DNA of 64,000 nt from Candidatus Foliamicus sp. (GTDB lineage: Bacteria; Pseudomonadota; Gammaproteobacteria; Steroidobacterales; Foliamicaceae). Positions within the stretch are counted from its first letter, which is position 1; every line of letters begins with the position of its first letter. This document shows positions 36,425 through 47,801 of this stretch, one piece after another. Both the position numbers and the translations under genes were made by a program. The notes below the pieces were generated by a model. That model was not told where the DNA came from. It saw only the letters and a program-made list of their open reading frames with translations, and made no database searches. The stretch spans positions 2,108,967-2,172,966 of the forward strand of contig OZ253475.1 in the NCBI GenBank assembly GCA_965261845.1, written 5' to 3'.

Positions 36425-37318
36425 CTATCCGGCTTCACCGGCCAGCACCGCTTGCGGGTCTCGGGCCAGGTCCGGGTGATGGAGCTCTACCAGGCGCCGC
36501 AATTCGACCGGCAATTCCGCCATCGACGCCGCCCGGCCGCCGCGCCCGTTCTGCACCGTATGTCCCGGCGTATCTCCCATTAGCATCCAGGGGCGAAAAG
36601 CCGTGTTGGCCACATAAGACACATCGCAGGGCACCCAGGCCAGGGACGGATCCGACAGCTTGGTCCAGCTTCCCTGGTTGGTTGTCCACTCGCGATAGAA
36701 AAAACTCGGCTTGGGGTCATCGCCGGAGAAAACCCGGGCGCTTACATCCTGGCGAATGTAGAAGTCATCGCCGCGCCGCTGCGGCTGGCTGAGGAACCGC
36801 CGGCTTTCCACCCGGCCGGAGGCGAAGAAGGCGCCACCGTCGCGAGTCTCGTCGTCCATGGTGAACTCCCGCGTGTCTTCCGCTCGAACCGTAAGGTCGT
36901 TGGCCGACGGGCCGGACCGGTAGAGGGGCACGTCCACTGTCTGGCCTGTAATGGGCATTGTGAGTTTGTCCAGCAACTCACCCGTTGAGATATCCACATA
37001 CATCGCGACTTCCAGGGATACGCCCTCGTACAGGCCTTCGTCCACGCGCCGCACCTGCCGCATGGTCGTCGACAACAGCCGATAAAGCGGATAGGTCACA
37101 CCCTGCACAAAAGCGTAGTTCACCGCATCCACCCAGCCCATGGTCACACGGTCGTCCAGGCTGGAGCGCAGCTTGACGAACATCCGCAGCATTTCCTCGT
37201 CACTCATTTCGAGGTCGACGAGACCCGGTCTTTCCTGTGCCTCGGCCGGCAGGCTCGCCAGCAGCGGCGCCGCCAGCGCACCGGCCAGCACCGAACGCCG
37301 ATTCAAATTTCTGTTCAT
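36425..37318 (-). CDS. Hypothetical exported protein with twin-arginine signal
   Basis: '[28 protein letters not shown]' from the ATG at 37318. No family recognised with confidence. Confidence 0.5.
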   Translation of the reverse strand: MNRNLNRRSVLAGALAAPLLASLPAEAQERPGLVDLEMSDEEMLRMFVKLRSSLDDRVTMGWVDAVNYAFVQGVTYPLYRLLSTTMRQVRRVDEGLYEGVSLEVAMYVDISTGELLDKLTMPITGQTVDVPLYRSGPSANDLTVRAEDTREFTMDDETRDGGAFFASGRVESRRFLSQPQRRGDDFYIRQDVSARVFSGDDPKPSFFYREWTTNQGSWTKLSDPSLAWVPCDVSYVANTAFRPWMLMGDTPGHTVQNGRGGRAASMAELPVELRRLVELHHPDLARDPQAVLAGEAG

Positions 37319-37511
37319 TTGTTCCTCCTTAACGATTCTGCGCATTGTGCCTGACCCTGGAGCCTCCTTGAACAGATCAAAGCATCACCGGCAGTTGTGA
37401 AATACCCCTACCGCTCTTCCTCCGCGGGCGAGGTGACTTTCGGCCCTGCTCCCTGCTTTCAGGCCATGAGTTTTCGCAGCAGGCGCCGCTGCGTTGGCGC
37501 GCAGGGAACAC

Positions 37512-37565
37512 CTTGGGAGCGAGGGCATCTTGCCCTCGTCGAGGGCGGGACGCCCTCGTTCCCAG
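37512..37565. repeat. REP-like element, near-full copy
   Basis: 'cttgggagcgagggcatcttgccctcgtcgagggcgggacgccctcgttcccag'. Confidence 0.9.
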
Positions 37566-37603
37566 AGTTGTTCCATGCAAGCATGCCGCACGGGGTGCAA
37601 GGT

Positions 37604-38569
37604 TCAGGCGTCGCGGTAGACGCCGTAGTTGAGCAGGCGCTTATGACGGCGTTCGAGCAGTTGCGTGGGTTCCAGGCGAGTCAGGCTCAGCAGGTGCTTG
37701 GCGATCGACTTTTTCAGGCTGGCTATGGAGGCGGACGGGTCACGGTGGGCGCCTCCGAGCGGTTCTTCCAATACTTCGTCCACCAATTTCAGGTTCAGCA
37801 GCCGTTTCGCGGTAATCCCCATGGCCTGTGCCGCCTCGGTTGCGTGGTCGGCGCTCTTCCACAGAATGCTGGCGCAGCCCTCCGGCGAAATCACCGAGTA
37901 AATGCTGTATTGCATCATGATCACGACGTCCGCAACGCCGATGGCCAGCGCGCCGCCCGAACCGCCCTCGCCGATGATGGCGCTGATGATCGGGGTCTTC
38001 AGTCCCACCATGCAACTTAAGCTCGACGCGATGGCTTCGCTCTGGCCGCGCTCCTCGGCGCCGATTCCCGGGTAGGCGCCGGGTGTATCGATCAGGGTCA
38101 CCACCGGCAGGCCGAACTTCTCGGCAAGAAGCATGAGGCGCTGGGCCTTGCGATAGCCCTCCGGGCGGGTCATTCCATAGTTGCGCCGCACCCTCGAAGT
38201 GGTATCGCGTCCTTTCTGGTGACCGATCAGCATCACCGGCGTGCCGTCGATCCGTGCCAGGCCGCCCACCAGAGCGTAGTCGTCGGCATACATGCGATCG
38301 CCGTGCAGTTCCTGGAATTCCGCGGTCATGGCGGCGATGTAGTCCAGCGAGTAAGGGCGCTTGGGGTGACGGGCCACCAGCGCGGTCTGCCAGGGCGTCA
38401 GCTTGCGGTAAATGCCGCGCGTAAGCGACTGGCTGCTGCGCTGCAGGCGCTGGATCTCGGCAGCCACGTCCACGCCGGAGTCGTTGTCGAGAAACCTCAG
38501 TTGCTCGATCTTGCTTTCCAGCTCCGCTATGGGCTGTTCGAAGTCAAGAAAGGATTCCATACGCAGCAT
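37604..38569 (-). CDS. accA: Acetyl-CoA carboxylase carboxyltransferase subunit alpha
   Basis: The ATG at 38569 gives '[26 protein letters not shown]', matching the AccA N-terminus. '[20 protein letters not shown]' is present. The ORF-track 397-aa start is an upstream extension. Confidence 0.92.
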   Translation of the reverse strand: MLRMESFLDFEQPIAELESKIEQLRFLDNDSGVDVAAEIQRLQRSSQSLTRGIYRKLTPWQTALVARHPKRPYSLDYIAAMTAEFQELHGDRMYADDYALVGGLARIDGTPVMLIGHQKGRDTTSRVRRNYGMTRPEGYRKAQRLMLLAEKFGLPVVTLIDTPGAYPGIGAEERGQSEAIASSLSCMVGLKTPIISAIIGEGGSGGALAIGVADVVIMMQYSIYSVISPEGCASILWKSADHATEAAQAMGITAKRLLNLKLVDEVLEEPLGGAHRDPSASIASLKKSIAKHLLSLTRLEPTQLLERRHKRLLNYGVYRDA

Positions 38570-38654
38570 GTCCGACCAAGCCGGGCCTGCGATTGTAAGC
38601 CCTACGGCGCCCGGATTGCTCCAGCGCCCGCCCGGATCGCGGCTAAAGCTCCCG

Positions 38655-41621
38655 CTAGAACTCCCAGTTGGCCTCCATGAACAGCACCTGGCCGCGCGCG
38701 TCGTAGCGAGTGAGATCGTAAGGCCGGCCGCCCCACGGCGTAGCCGGCGGGTCGGCGTCCAGCACGTTACGTCCGCCGCCACGCAGCTGCAGGCCATTGT
38801 CGAAGCGATAGCTCACGGTCAGATCAACACTGACATAGGAATCCACTTTCAATGCGGGCCGAGCCTGGAACCTGAATGCACAGCGACCAACCGCTGCCGG
38901 ACATGAACCGGTGCGATCATTCTCGTAGCTGGGCGTATAGCGCACGAACAGATCGGCGCCGTACCTACCCGCCGTCCAGGCCAGCGATCCCACCAGCTCG
39001 TACTCGTTGCTGCCCCAGGTAGTGCCAGCGCGGTGAATCGGTTCCGCTCCCGGGACGATTGTGAAATACTCGTCGAGCGTCCGCATGTAACTGATTCCCG
39101 GCCTGAAGGCGCCCCAGGCGCTGGTAAAGCTGTATTCCAGTTCGGTAGTGACGATTTCACTTACTTTATCCGAGAGATTGAGTTGCCTGGGGAATACCTT
39201 GATCGCGTTTCCATCCGCGTCACGCTCGACGATCTGGGGAAGCAAGAACGCAACTTCCGGTTCGTTGAAAAGCAGGGTATAGGAATACTCTATCTTGTCC
39301 GTGTAATCGACCTTTGACCAATGCACGGTCCAACGCAAGCCCGGCAACGCAGCGGGCGTCCAGTCGAAGCTCAATGAGTAGGTATCCGAAGATTCGGGCT
39401 TCAAGTCTTCTCCAACGCTGTAGATTACATGCCTGCGGACCTGGCACCCGAAAGCGAGGCAGACGGGACCGCCGGGAACATCATAGGGATCCCGCACGTA
39501 AACGGTGTCCTCGTGAGGATCCCGCACATGAAAGATATCGCTGAACACCGGTGGGCGAAACGATTCCGACCAGGAGGCGAGAAACGCCAGGTTCTCCGTG
39601 GGCTCATAGCGCAAGCCGATCCGTGGGCTTGTGTTGCTCTGCTTGACGCCAATGATGTTGGGCTCACCTTCAAGAAGCCAGGCGCCGTCCGGTCCCCGCA
39701 CACGCCCGCCGTTCGCATTACGCACATAGTTGATGCCGCCAAAGGCGCCGGTGGCTTCGTAGCTGTCGTAGCGCGCCTGCACGTTCAGAACTAACGCTTG
39801 CAAGCCCGGGCGAGCGTTGCCCGGGCCAACAATGGGGAATGCGAATTCGGCAAACAACGCCGTCAGATCCTCTTTGGGATTCTCCAGGCCGAACAATACC
39901 TCCAACCCCTTGGTGACGGTGCCCGCCGAAACCTGTGATTGGTCTTCCTGCTCCAGGCCTATGCGTATCTCGCGCATCTGCGTACCGACCGCGTAGCTGA
40001 CCGGGCCGCCGGGCAACTGGAAGAACTCTCCGCGTGCCAGCAACTCGTAAGTGTCCGTCTTGGTGGAGCCTCTATGCGGCCCTATCCACGGCGAGGCCAG
40101 TTCTCCGAGCTCAGGACTCTGCCTTGAGCCATCGCCGAACAGGTTGATTGCCACGGCGGGATCAGAGCTGGCAAACAATTCCTGCAGCCGCTCTTTCGCC
40201 GGATCGAAATCGGAAAAGGAGTCCGGTCTTCTTCTGTAGTTAATCTGCCAGCCGAAGTTCTCCGATTCGGAGCGCGCCACCTGGAATTCCAACTGGTGCT
40301 TGTCCGCGAAGTCCCAGATAAACCCGGCATTGATATTGCGTTGTTCGTTCTTCGATTCGTGGTACGCGCCGGGCAAAGCACCGGCATTCACCTCGGCGGT
40401 GGGCAGGTAGTTCACCCTGACTGCCTGGCCGAAGGGGTTGAAGGCATTGCTTGCCGGCACCTCGTAACTGGACAGCTCGGTTCGATATTCCTGGTAGGCC
40501 TCGTGCTCGGAATACAGCAAATCCACGAAAACCCGAAAGTCCTCGGAGACGTACTGTTCGACAAACAAAGTCAGCGACGTATTTGTGGCTTCCTCGCCGT
40601 TTTGTGGCGGCACGTAGTCGACGGGAATGATGTCTGTTGTGAAGTCGTCGACGGTTGCCCCCTCGCCGCTGTGCCCGGCGGGAAGCTGAAGCGCGCTACC
40701 ACATGCATATTGCCCCCAGGAGGCTGTGCAAAGCCTCCGCAATACGCCCGGCTGGCCCGTCGTGATACTGCGATCGTCGAATTCCGGGCCGAACAAGCTG
40801 CGAAAGTCATTGGTGGTCCATCCGGTCTTGGCGTTGGAAATGGGATCTTGCGAGGTCCGCTGCAGCGTCCCTGTTATCTGGCCGCTCCCCCAACCGTAGC
40901 CACCCTGAATGCTGGCATTGGTTCTGTCGGCGTCGGTGGAGCTGAAGTCCTGGCGCAGCGTCACGGCGGCGCCGGTATAGTTCCTCTTGGTAATGAAGTT
41001 GATTACCCCGCCAATGGCGTCGGCGCCATACACCGCCGAGCCGCCATCCAACTGAATGTCGATCCTTTCAATGGCCGAAAGAGGCACATTCAAAAGGTTG
41101 GCGTAGCCCTCCTCATCCCCGGCCCGTCCGGCGATACGCCGCCCGTTGATCAGCACCAGAGTGTTTGCCGAGCCCAGGGCGCGCAAGTTGGCCGTGGAAG
41201 TGCCGAAACCCGTTATGACCTCGAAAAGGATGAGCCCGGTCGAAAGATTGTCGACGGCCCTCAGGTTCTTATCCACATCGCTGGGAGCGAGAGCGGAGTT
41301 TTCAAGCCCGCTGGTTTGCTGCGTAATCGACGGATAGGTCCAGGGCAGGGTGCGCATCAGTTCTTCTACGTTCGACACGCCGAGACGCTTGATATCTTCC
41401 GCCGTGATGCTGTAGACGCGCGCCGTAGCGTCACCCATGGCCAATCGGGAGCCGGTGACTGTCTGGGCCTCCAGCTCGATCGGTTCTTCAACCGCGCTCG
41501 GCGCGGATTCGTCCGTGGCTGCCTCTTCTTCGGTGTCGGCATCCTGCCCCACCCCAATTGCCGGAACGGCGAAGACCAGAATCAATGCCGCCAGCCCGCG
41601 GCCCGAGAATATCGAACGCAT
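38655..41621 (-). CDS. TonB-dependent receptor (988 aa)
   Basis: Signal peptide '[23 protein letters not shown]'. Plug motifs '[11 protein letters not shown]', '[11 protein letters not shown]' and '[28 protein letters not shown]'. C-terminal 'FMEANWEF'. Confidence 0.88.
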   Translation of the reverse strand: MRSIFSGRGLAALILVFAVPAIGVGQDADTEEEAATDESAPSAVEEPIELEAQTVTGSRLAMGDATARVYSITAEDIKRLGVSNVEELMRTLPWTYPSITQQTSGLENSALAPSDVDKNLRAVDNLSTGLILFEVITGFGTSTANLRALGSANTLVLINGRRIAGRAGDEEGYANLLNVPLSAIERIDIQLDGGSAVYGADAIGGVINFITKRNYTGAAVTLRQDFSSTDADRTNASIQGGYGWGSGQITGTLQRTSQDPISNAKTGWTTNDFRSLFGPEFDDRSITTGQPGVLRRLCTASWGQYACGSALQLPAGHSGEGATVDDFTTDIIPVDYVPPQNGEEATNTSLTLFVEQYVSEDFRVFVDLLYSEHEAYQEYRTELSSYEVPASNAFNPFGQAVRVNYLPTAEVNAGALPGAYHESKNEQRNINAGFIWDFADKHQLEFQVARSESENFGWQINYRRRPDSFSDFDPAKERLQELFASSDPAVAINLFGDGSRQSPELGELASPWIGPHRGSTKTDTYELLARGEFFQLPGGPVSYAVGTQMREIRIGLEQEDQSQVSAGTVTKGLEVLFGLENPKEDLTALFAEFAFPIVGPGNARPGLQALVLNVQARYDSYEATGAFGGINYVRNANGGRVRGPDGAWLLEGEPNIIGVKQSNTSPRIGLRYEPTENLAFLASWSESFRPPVFSDIFHVRDPHEDTVYVRDPYDVPGGPVCLAFGCQVRRHVIYSVGEDLKPESSDTYSLSFDWTPAALPGLRWTVHWSKVDYTDKIEYSYTLLFNEPEVAFLLPQIVERDADGNAIKVFPRQLNLSDKVSEIVTTELEYSFTSAWGAFRPGISYMRTLDEYFTIVPGAEPIHRAGTTWGSNEYELVGSLAWTAGRYGADLFVRYTPSYENDRTGSCPAAVGRCAFRFQARPALKVDSYVSVDLTVSYRFDNGLQLRGGGRNVLDADPPATPWGGRPYDLTRYDARGQVLFMEANWEF

Positions 41622-41641
41622 AGAAATGTCCCCTCTTTAGC

Positions 41642-43591
41642 CTGAAGTTCCCCTCGATTTAACCGTCCGGATTGATTTAAGTGATTGACTCGGTGGGGAA
41701 TAGTGTGTTCGAGTGCCGCGCATGTATTCCCATGTATAGTGATCTGATAGTATTGCAGTGTAGAGATTCATGAACTATCATCGTTCCCATGTATATCGAA
41801 AAGGTCCCCAACCGCAAATCGCCTCCCGCTATTCTCTTGCGCGAGGGCTGGCGCGAAAACGGCAAAGTCAAGAAACGCACCTTGGCCAACCTCACCAAGT
41901 GGCCCCCGCAGAAAATCGATGCCCTGCGGCGGGTGCTGAGGAACGAGCCCCTGGTAGGGCGCGAGGAGGCCTTCGACATCGTGCGCTCCAAACCCCACGG
42001 TCATGTCGCCGCCGTGCTCGGCACGTTGCGCAAGCTGCGAGTGGAGCGCGCGATCGCCGGTGCGGACTCGCCCGAGCGCCGACGCGTGCTGGCGATGATC
42101 GTCGCCCGAATCCTGGACCCCGGCTCGAAACTGGCCACCGCCCGGGGCTTGGCCGAGGCGACCGCGCGCGACTCGCTCGCCGAGACGCTGGCACTTGGGG
42201 AGATCGACGAGGACGACCTCTACGCCGCCATGGACTGGCTCATCGAGCGCCAGCACGCCATCGAGCGGCGCTTGGCCAAGCGCCATCTCAAGGACGGCGC
42301 CCTGGTGTTCTACGACCTGACGTCGGTCCACATGGAAGGGCGCCGCTGCCCGCTGGCCAAGCGCGGGTATTCCCGCGACGGGCGGCGCGGCAAGGTGCAG
42401 ATCGAGTTCGGGCTGTTGTGCGACGCCGAGGGCCGGCCGGTGGCGGTGAAGGTGTTCGCCGGCAACACCGCGGATCCGGCCACCGTGGGCGCGCAGGTCG
42501 ACAAGCTCAGGCACCGCTTCGGGTTCTCCAGGGTGGTGTTGGTGGGCGACCGCGGGATGTTGACCGAGGCGCGCATTCGCGAGGACGTGAAGCCGGCGGG
42601 GCTGGACTGGATTAGCGCGTTGCGGGGTCCGGCGGTGCGCTCGCTGGTGGAATCCGGCGCCGTGCAGCTCTCGCTGTTTGATGAGACCGACCTGGTGGAG
42701 ATCCGAAGCGATACCTATCCGGGCGAGCGCCTCATGGTGTGCCGCAATCCGCTGCTGGCCGAGGCGCGGGCGCGCAAGCGAGACGAACTGCTCCAAGCCA
42801 CCGAGGCGTTGCTCGATCCCATCGTCGCGGCCACGCGGCGCGACAAGTGGCGCCTGAAGGGTGCGGACAAGATCGGCGTGCGGGTGGGCAAGGTCGTCGG
42901 CCAATACAAGATGGCCAAGCACTTCGATCTGGATATCCAGGACGACGCGTTCGGCTATCGGCGAAAGCCTGAGTCCATCGCCGCCGAGGCGGTGCTGGAC
43001 GGCTTGTACGTCGTGCGCACCAGCCTGGCGAAGACGCAACTCGACGCCGAGGGCGCCGTGCGCGCCTACAAGCGCCTGAGCGCGGTCGAGCGCGCCTTCC
43101 GAAGCCTCAAGACCGTGGACCTGAAGGTTCGACCGGTCTTCCACCACGCCGCGAACCGGGTGCGCGCGCACGTGTTTCTGTGCATGCTGGCCTACTACGT
43201 GGAATGGCACCTGCGCGAGCGGCTCAAGCCGCTGCTGTTCGACGACGACGATCCGGCCGCCGCCGAGGCGGCGCGCGCGTCCGTCGTGGCGCCTGCGAAG
43301 GTCTCCGAAGCGGCCAGGGAAAAAGCCCGCAGCAAACGCACCGCGAACGGTCTGCCGGTGCACAGCTTCCGCACCCTGCTCGGCGACCTGGCGACGATCG
43401 CCAAGAACCGCGTCGTCCCCCAAGTGCCCGGCGCCGAGCCGTTCGAGGTCCTCACCCGGCCCACCGCGCTACAGCGCGAAGCCTTCAAACTGCTCGGCGT
43501 GCGGCTCGAACGTTCCCAGTAGCGACACACCGTATCTCTCGATTTGTCCCGAAAATCAACGAGTTCAATGCGGCACACTCTGGAAGTTCAG
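41642..43591 (+). mobile_element. IS1634-family (IS4 superfamily) insertion sequence, boundaries approximate
   Basis: Contains the 577-aa transposase. The candidate imperfect terminal repeat is ctgaagttcc (41642-41651) against ggaagttcag (43582-43591). The flanks are lower in GC. No direct repeats could be confirmed. Confidence 0.55.
41789..43522 (+). CDS. IS1634-family transposase
   Basis: The N-terminus 'MYIEKVPNRKSPPAILLREGWRENGKVKKRTLANLTKWPPQKIDALRRVL' is characteristic of IS1634-type transposases. DDE-region features 'VFYDLTSVHMEG', 'VVLVGDRGM' and 'AYKRLSAVERAFRSLK' are present. Confidence 0.85.
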   Translation: MYIEKVPNRKSPPAILLREGWRENGKVKKRTLANLTKWPPQKIDALRRVLRNEPLVGREEAFDIVRSKPHGHVAAVLGTLRKLRVERAIAGADSPERRRVLAMIVARILDPGSKLATARGLAEATARDSLAETLALGEIDEDDLYAAMDWLIERQHAIERRLAKRHLKDGALVFYDLTSVHMEGRRCPLAKRGYSRDGRRGKVQIEFGLLCDAEGRPVAVKVFAGNTADPATVGAQVDKLRHRFGFSRVVLVGDRGMLTEARIREDVKPAGLDWISALRGPAVRSLVESGAVQLSLFDETDLVEIRSDTYPGERLMVCRNPLLAEARARKRDELLQATEALLDPIVAATRRDKWRLKGADKIGVRVGKVVGQYKMAKHFDLDIQDDAFGYRRKPESIAAEAVLDGLYVVRTSLAKTQLDAEGAVRAYKRLSAVERAFRSLKTVDLKVRPVFHHAANRVRAHVFLCMLAYYVEWHLRERLKPLLFDDDDPAAAEAARASVVAPAKVSEAAREKARSKRTANGLPVHSFRTLLGDLATIAKNRVVPQVPGAEPFEVLTRPTALQREAFKLLGVRLERSQ

Positions 43592-43717
43592 CTTAAGGCA
43601 CGCGGGTCCGTGCACAAGGCATGGATAAGTCTGCTGCTCAAGTAGATCATTGGCAGCGACAGCGATGAGTGTGCTACTTGAAACGCCAGACTATATCACG
43701 CGGTCTTGGAGCCTCTC

Positions 43718-46700
43718 TCACCCACCATCGGCGTAGACGAATCGAAAATCACCTACGGCGGAAGATTGTTCAAGCGCATGTCGCAGGTCGCTGCCGGCCC
43801 GGACGGTCCAGTTGGCGCCCAGCCGCAGCCTTCCGGATGCGCACTTGCCTGCGTAATCGATGACCACCTCCGTGCCGCCGGGCGTGTGATTCTGCAACAA
43901 CTCCCTTAAGTCCGCGAAGATCTCGGCCGGGTCCGATTCGGCCGCGCAGCGCAGCAGCAGCAGGCGGGCGCGCTGTTCCATCACCTCTTCCAGCGACTCG
44001 ACCGAATCCGCGTGCATACTGATCGAGCCGCGCTGCATGCGGGATGCACGACCCTTCACCAGGACCAGCGAATGCGGGGTAATGAGGCGGGCGGGCGGCG
44101 CGCCCGAATCCCAGCGCGGCAGGCGCACCGGCAGGCGCGTTTGCCCGTCGTCCAGGTCAAAGTAGTTGGCCCCGGCTCTGCGCCATTTGCGTAACACGCT
44201 CCCGGCCACCACGATGACCGAATCGTTGCGCTCCTCCGGCCTGCCAGGCTGTGCGCGGTCCAGAATCTCGCGCAGGCTTCCACCGCTAAGACTGCGCGCT
44301 TCGTCACGCCATTCGTCGAAGGGATGACCGCTCAGACAGAATCCCAGGCTGCGGCGTTCGCCGTCCAGGCATTCGCGCAGGCCCCAGGCCGGAATGTCGG
44401 GAACCTCAATCCGCATGGGTTGCCCGCCGCCGTCATCGAACAGGCCATCCTGGCCGTTCTCGGCGTCCCTGGCCGCCTGAGCGGCGGCGGCCAGGGCGGC
44501 GGGCAGAACCTGGATCACCGCGGCGCGATTCGGACAAAGGCCGTCCAGGGCCCCGGACCTCACCAGGGTCTCCGCCTGGCGTTGATGCAATCCGCTGCTG
44601 CTGATGCGGGAGAAGAAGTCGGTGAGTCCAGAATAAGGTCCGCCACTCTCGCGCTCGGCAAAGATGGCTTGGGCCGCGGCCTGCCCCAGACCACGAATGG
44701 CGCCGAGCCCGCAGCGAACGGTTTTATCGTCAACGGCGCTGAATCCAACCTGCGATTGATTCACGTCCGGGGCCAGCACCGCAAGGCCCAGCGCCAGGCA
44801 TTCCTGGGTCATCCAGTACAGGCGATCATGGGCGCCCATATCGGTGGTCATGGTGGAGGCCATGTACTCGGCCGGGTAATGCGCCTTCAGCCAGGCCGTC
44901 CGGTACGCGACCGTGGCGTAGGCGGTGGAGTGCGACTTGTTGAAACCGTAGCCGGCGAAAGTCTCCATCAGGTTGAAAATGTGCTCGGCCTTGCCTCTTG
45001 TCAGCCCATGCTCCAGCGCGCCGTCGACGAACACCGAGCGCTGGTCGGCCATTTCCTCTTTCAGCTTCTTGCCCATGGCCCGGCGCAGCACATCGGCCTG
45101 GGCGAAGCTGTAGCCTGCGACCCGGCGGGCAATCTCCATGACCTGCTCCTGGTACAGGATCACGCCATAGGTCTCGCTCAGCAGCTCACGCAAGTCCTCG
45201 TGCAGGTAGTCGACACGCTCCTGGCCGTGCTTGCGCTTGATGTAGGAATCGGCCATGCCGGTCTGCAAGGGGCCGGGGCGGAACAGCGCCACTAAGGCGA
45301 TCATGTCGCTGAATCGGTCAGGCCTGAGATCGCGAATAAGGTCGCGCATGCCCCTGGACTCGAGCTGAAAAACGGCGCGGGTGCGCAGATTGCCAAGCAA
45401 CTCAAACACCTTGGGATCGTCAAGCGGGATGCGTTCGATGTCCAGGGGCTGCTCGCCGTTTGCTTCCCGCGCCCGGTTGACCTCTTCCACCGTGCGGGTA
45501 ATGGTGGTGAGATCATTCAACGCCAGGAAATCGAATTTCACCAGGCCGACCGACTCGATGTCATCCTTATCGAACTGGGTCACAGTGGGCGAGCCGTGTT
45601 CCTGGCGGTACAAGGGCGTGAATTGCTCCAGATCCGACGGAGCGATAACCACGCCCCCCGCGTGGGTGCTGGAATTGCGCGGCAAGCCCTCCAATTGCAG
45701 TGCCAGGTCGATAACTTCGCGTGCCTCGGTGTCGGTAGTGAACAGATGGCGCAGCTCACGGTCGTCCTTCATGGCCTGCTCGATGGTCACTCCCACCGGC
45801 AGGGGCGGGATCAATCCGGCGATCTGCTCTCCCAAACCCAGTGGAAACCCCAACACCCGCGTCGTGTCCTTGATTGCGGCGCGCGCCGCCAGGCGATTGA
45901 AGGTGATGATCTGCGCCACCCGGTCCTTGCCGTATTCGGCAGCCACGTGCTCCAGCACGCTCTCCCGCCGCTCGCCGCAGAAGTCGATATCGATATCAGG
46001 CATGGATATCCGCTCGGGATTCAGGAAGCGTTCGAAGATCAACCCGTAATGCAGCGGGTCGATAGTGGTGATACTCAGGGCGTAACTGATGAGCGAACCG
46101 GCTGCCGAACCCCGACCCGGTCCCACCGGGACATCGTTGTCGCGCGCCCAACGCACGATGTTCGCGACAATCAGGAAATAGCCGGGATAGTCCATGCGCC
46201 GGACCACGTCCAATTCGGCCTGCAAGCGTTTCTCGTATTTCTCCGGAAGTGCGACTTGGGCATCCCCGGCGTCGTTGAGGCCGAGTTGCCGAATCAGACC
46301 CGCGCGCGCCTCCGATTCGAGAAACTCCCCTTCGCCGCGGCCCGCGGGGACCCGCGCCTTCGGCAACATGGGCTTGCCTAGCTTCATTTCCACGCTGCAT
46401 GCGCGCGCGATCGCCAGTGTATTGCTCAAGGCCTCCGGCAAGTCGGCAAACAGCTCGGCCATATCCCCAGGGGCCCTTAAGTACTGCTGCGAGGTGTAGC
46501 GGCTGATGCGGCTGGGGTCGTTCAGTGTCTCTCCCAAGTGAATGCACACACGGGCTTCGTGGGCCCTGAACTCGCTGCTATCCAGGAACCGCACGTCATT
46601 GACTGCCACCAGCGGAATGCCTTCATCGTTGGCCAGTTCCACCGTGCGCTGCGCCAATTCCGTTTCACCCGGACGACCCAGCCTGCTTACCTCAAGAAAC

Positions 46701-47203
46701 AGGCCCTCGCCGATCATGCTTCTGAGAGCCAGCACCAGTTCACGCTCGCGGCGCGCCTGGGGTCCTTCCCCGGAGGGGCTGTTCAAGGCAATCAGGCCGA
46801 TCAGGCCCCCAAGTGCCTCGGCATTCAGCCACTGCCGGCGCAAACCAGGCGCCTCGCGGGCCTCCATTTCCAGGTGCATGCGCGATAGCAGGCGCAGGAG
46901 ATTCCGGTAACCTGCGGCATTACGGCACAGGAGCGTGATCCGGCCCGGCCGGGCCTCCGGCCCCTGCGGCGCCAGGTGCAAATCGGCGCCGAGTATCGGC
47001 TTGACGCCGGCACTCAGCGCGGCACGGTAAAAGCGCACCGCGCCAAACATGTTGTTCAGGTCCGTAAGCGCCACCGCCGGCATGCTCCGCTCACGCACCA
47101 CCCGGCAAAAACCGCCTTCGCCATCGCTGATTCGCAGCACCGAGTCCACCAGGGAATACTCCGAGTGCAGACGCAGATGTACGAATTGCGCGGTCTTCTC
47201 CAT
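43718..47203 (-). CDS. dnaE: DNA polymerase III subunit alpha
   Basis: The ATG at 47203 gives 'MEKTAQFVHLRLHSEYSLVDS' (PHP domain). 'GLVKFDFLALNDLT' is present. The start lies 7 nt downstream of the rnhB stop. Confidence 0.95.
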   Translation of the reverse strand: MEKTAQFVHLRLHSEYSLVDSVLRISDGEGGFCRVVRERSMPAVALTDLNNMFGAVRFYRAALSAGVKPILGADLHLAPQGPEARPGRITLLCRNAAGYRNLLRLLSRMHLEMEAREAPGLRRQWLNAEALGGLIGLIALNSPSGEGPQARRERELVLALRSMIGEGLFLEVSRLGRPGETELAQRTVELANDEGIPLVAVNDVRFLDSSEFRAHEARVCIHLGETLNDPSRISRYTSQQYLRAPGDMAELFADLPEALSNTLAIARACSVEMKLGKPMLPKARVPAGRGEGEFLESEARAGLIRQLGLNDAGDAQVALPEKYEKRLQAELDVVRRMDYPGYFLIVANIVRWARDNDVPVGPGRGSAAGSLISYALSITTIDPLHYGLIFERFLNPERISMPDIDIDFCGERRESVLEHVAAEYGKDRVAQIITFNRLAARAAIKDTTRVLGFPLGLGEQIAGLIPPLPVGVTIEQAMKDDRELRHLFTTDTEAREVIDLALQLEGLPRNSSTHAGGVVIAPSDLEQFTPLYRQEHGSPTVTQFDKDDIESVGLVKFDFLALNDLTTITRTVEEVNRAREANGEQPLDIERIPLDDPKVFELLGNLRTRAVFQLESRGMRDLIRDLRPDRFSDMIALVALFRPGPLQTGMADSYIKRKHGQERVDYLHEDLRELLSETYGVILYQEQVMEIARRVAGYSFAQADVLRRAMGKKLKEEMADQRSVFVDGALEHGLTRGKAEHIFNLMETFAGYGFNKSHSTAYATVAYRTAWLKAHYPAEYMASTMTTDMGAHDRLYWMTQECLALGLAVLAPDVNQSQVGFSAVDDKTVRCGLGAIRGLGQAAAQAIFAERESGGPYSGLTDFFSRISSSGLHQRQAETLVRSGALDGLCPNRAAVIQVLPAALAAAAQAARDAENGQDGLFDDGGGQPMRIEVPDIPAWGLRECLDGERRSLGFCLSGHPFDEWRDEARSLSGGSLREILDRAQPGRPEERNDSVIVVAGSVLRKWRRAGANYFDLDDGQTRLPVRLPRWDSGAPPARLITPHSLVLVKGRASRMQRGSISMHADSVESLEEVMEQRARLLLLRCAAESDPAEIFADLRELLQNHTPGGTEVVIDYAGKCASGRLRLGANWTVRAGSDLRHALEQSSAVGDFRFVYADGG

Positions 47204-47210
47204 TACTTCT

Positions 47211-47798
47211 TCAGCCTCCCATACAGGCCCGCACCGGGCGGAAACTGCGCCGGTGGGCCGGGCAGGCGCCGAGCCGCTCAAGGGCGGCGCGATGCACCGG
47301 CACGGCATATCCCTTATGGTCCGCCAGGTGATATCCCGGCCATTCGAAGTCCAGGCGGCGCATCATGCGATCACGCCATTCCTTGGCCAGGATCGAAGCG
47401 GCCGCGATCGCGTGGCAACGGCTGTCTCCGCGAATAACGGCCTCAAGCTCCACGTTCCGCCGCCACTCCCGAGGCAGATCGGGCAAATACGGACCGTCCA
47501 CCTGAACCAGCGCCGGTTTTTGGGGCAACGCCAGCAACGCCCGGCGCATGGCCAGGAGGCTTGCCTGCAGCACGTTCAGCCGATCGATCTCCTCGACCGT
47601 AGCCAGCCCCACCGCCCAGGCCACGCAAGCGGACCGTATTTGCTTCTCCAGCCCAGCGCGCTGTTTAGGCGACAACTGCTTGGAATCGCGCACTCCGATC
47701 ACGCGGCTCCCGGCATGAAAGGCAACCGCCGCGGCCACCACCGGCCCGGCCAGCGCGCCCCGTCCGGCTTCGTCCACACCCGCTTGCAAGCCTCCCAT
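47211..47798 (-). CDS. rnhB: Ribonuclease HII
   Basis: 'AGVDEAGRGALAGPVVAAAV', 'DSKQLSPKQR', 'AAASILAK'. Confidence 0.93.
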   Translation of the reverse strand: MGGLQAGVDEAGRGALAGPVVAAAVAFHAGSRVIGVRDSKQLSPKQRAGLEKQIRSACVAWAVGLATVEEIDRLNVLQASLLAMRRALLALPQKPALVQVDGPYLPDLPREWRRNVELEAVIRGDSRCHAIAAASILAKEWRDRMMRRLDFEWPGYHLADHKGYAVPVHRAALERLGACPAHRRSFRPVRACMGG

Positions 47799-47801
47799 GG
47801 C

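Noticed and set aside
41768-43423. 551-aa ORF antisense to the IS1634 transposase
   Set aside because: It is the mirror frame of a clearly recognisable transposase. The Arg/Gly/Ala-rich, low-complexity translation is typical of antisense ORFs in high-GC DNA.
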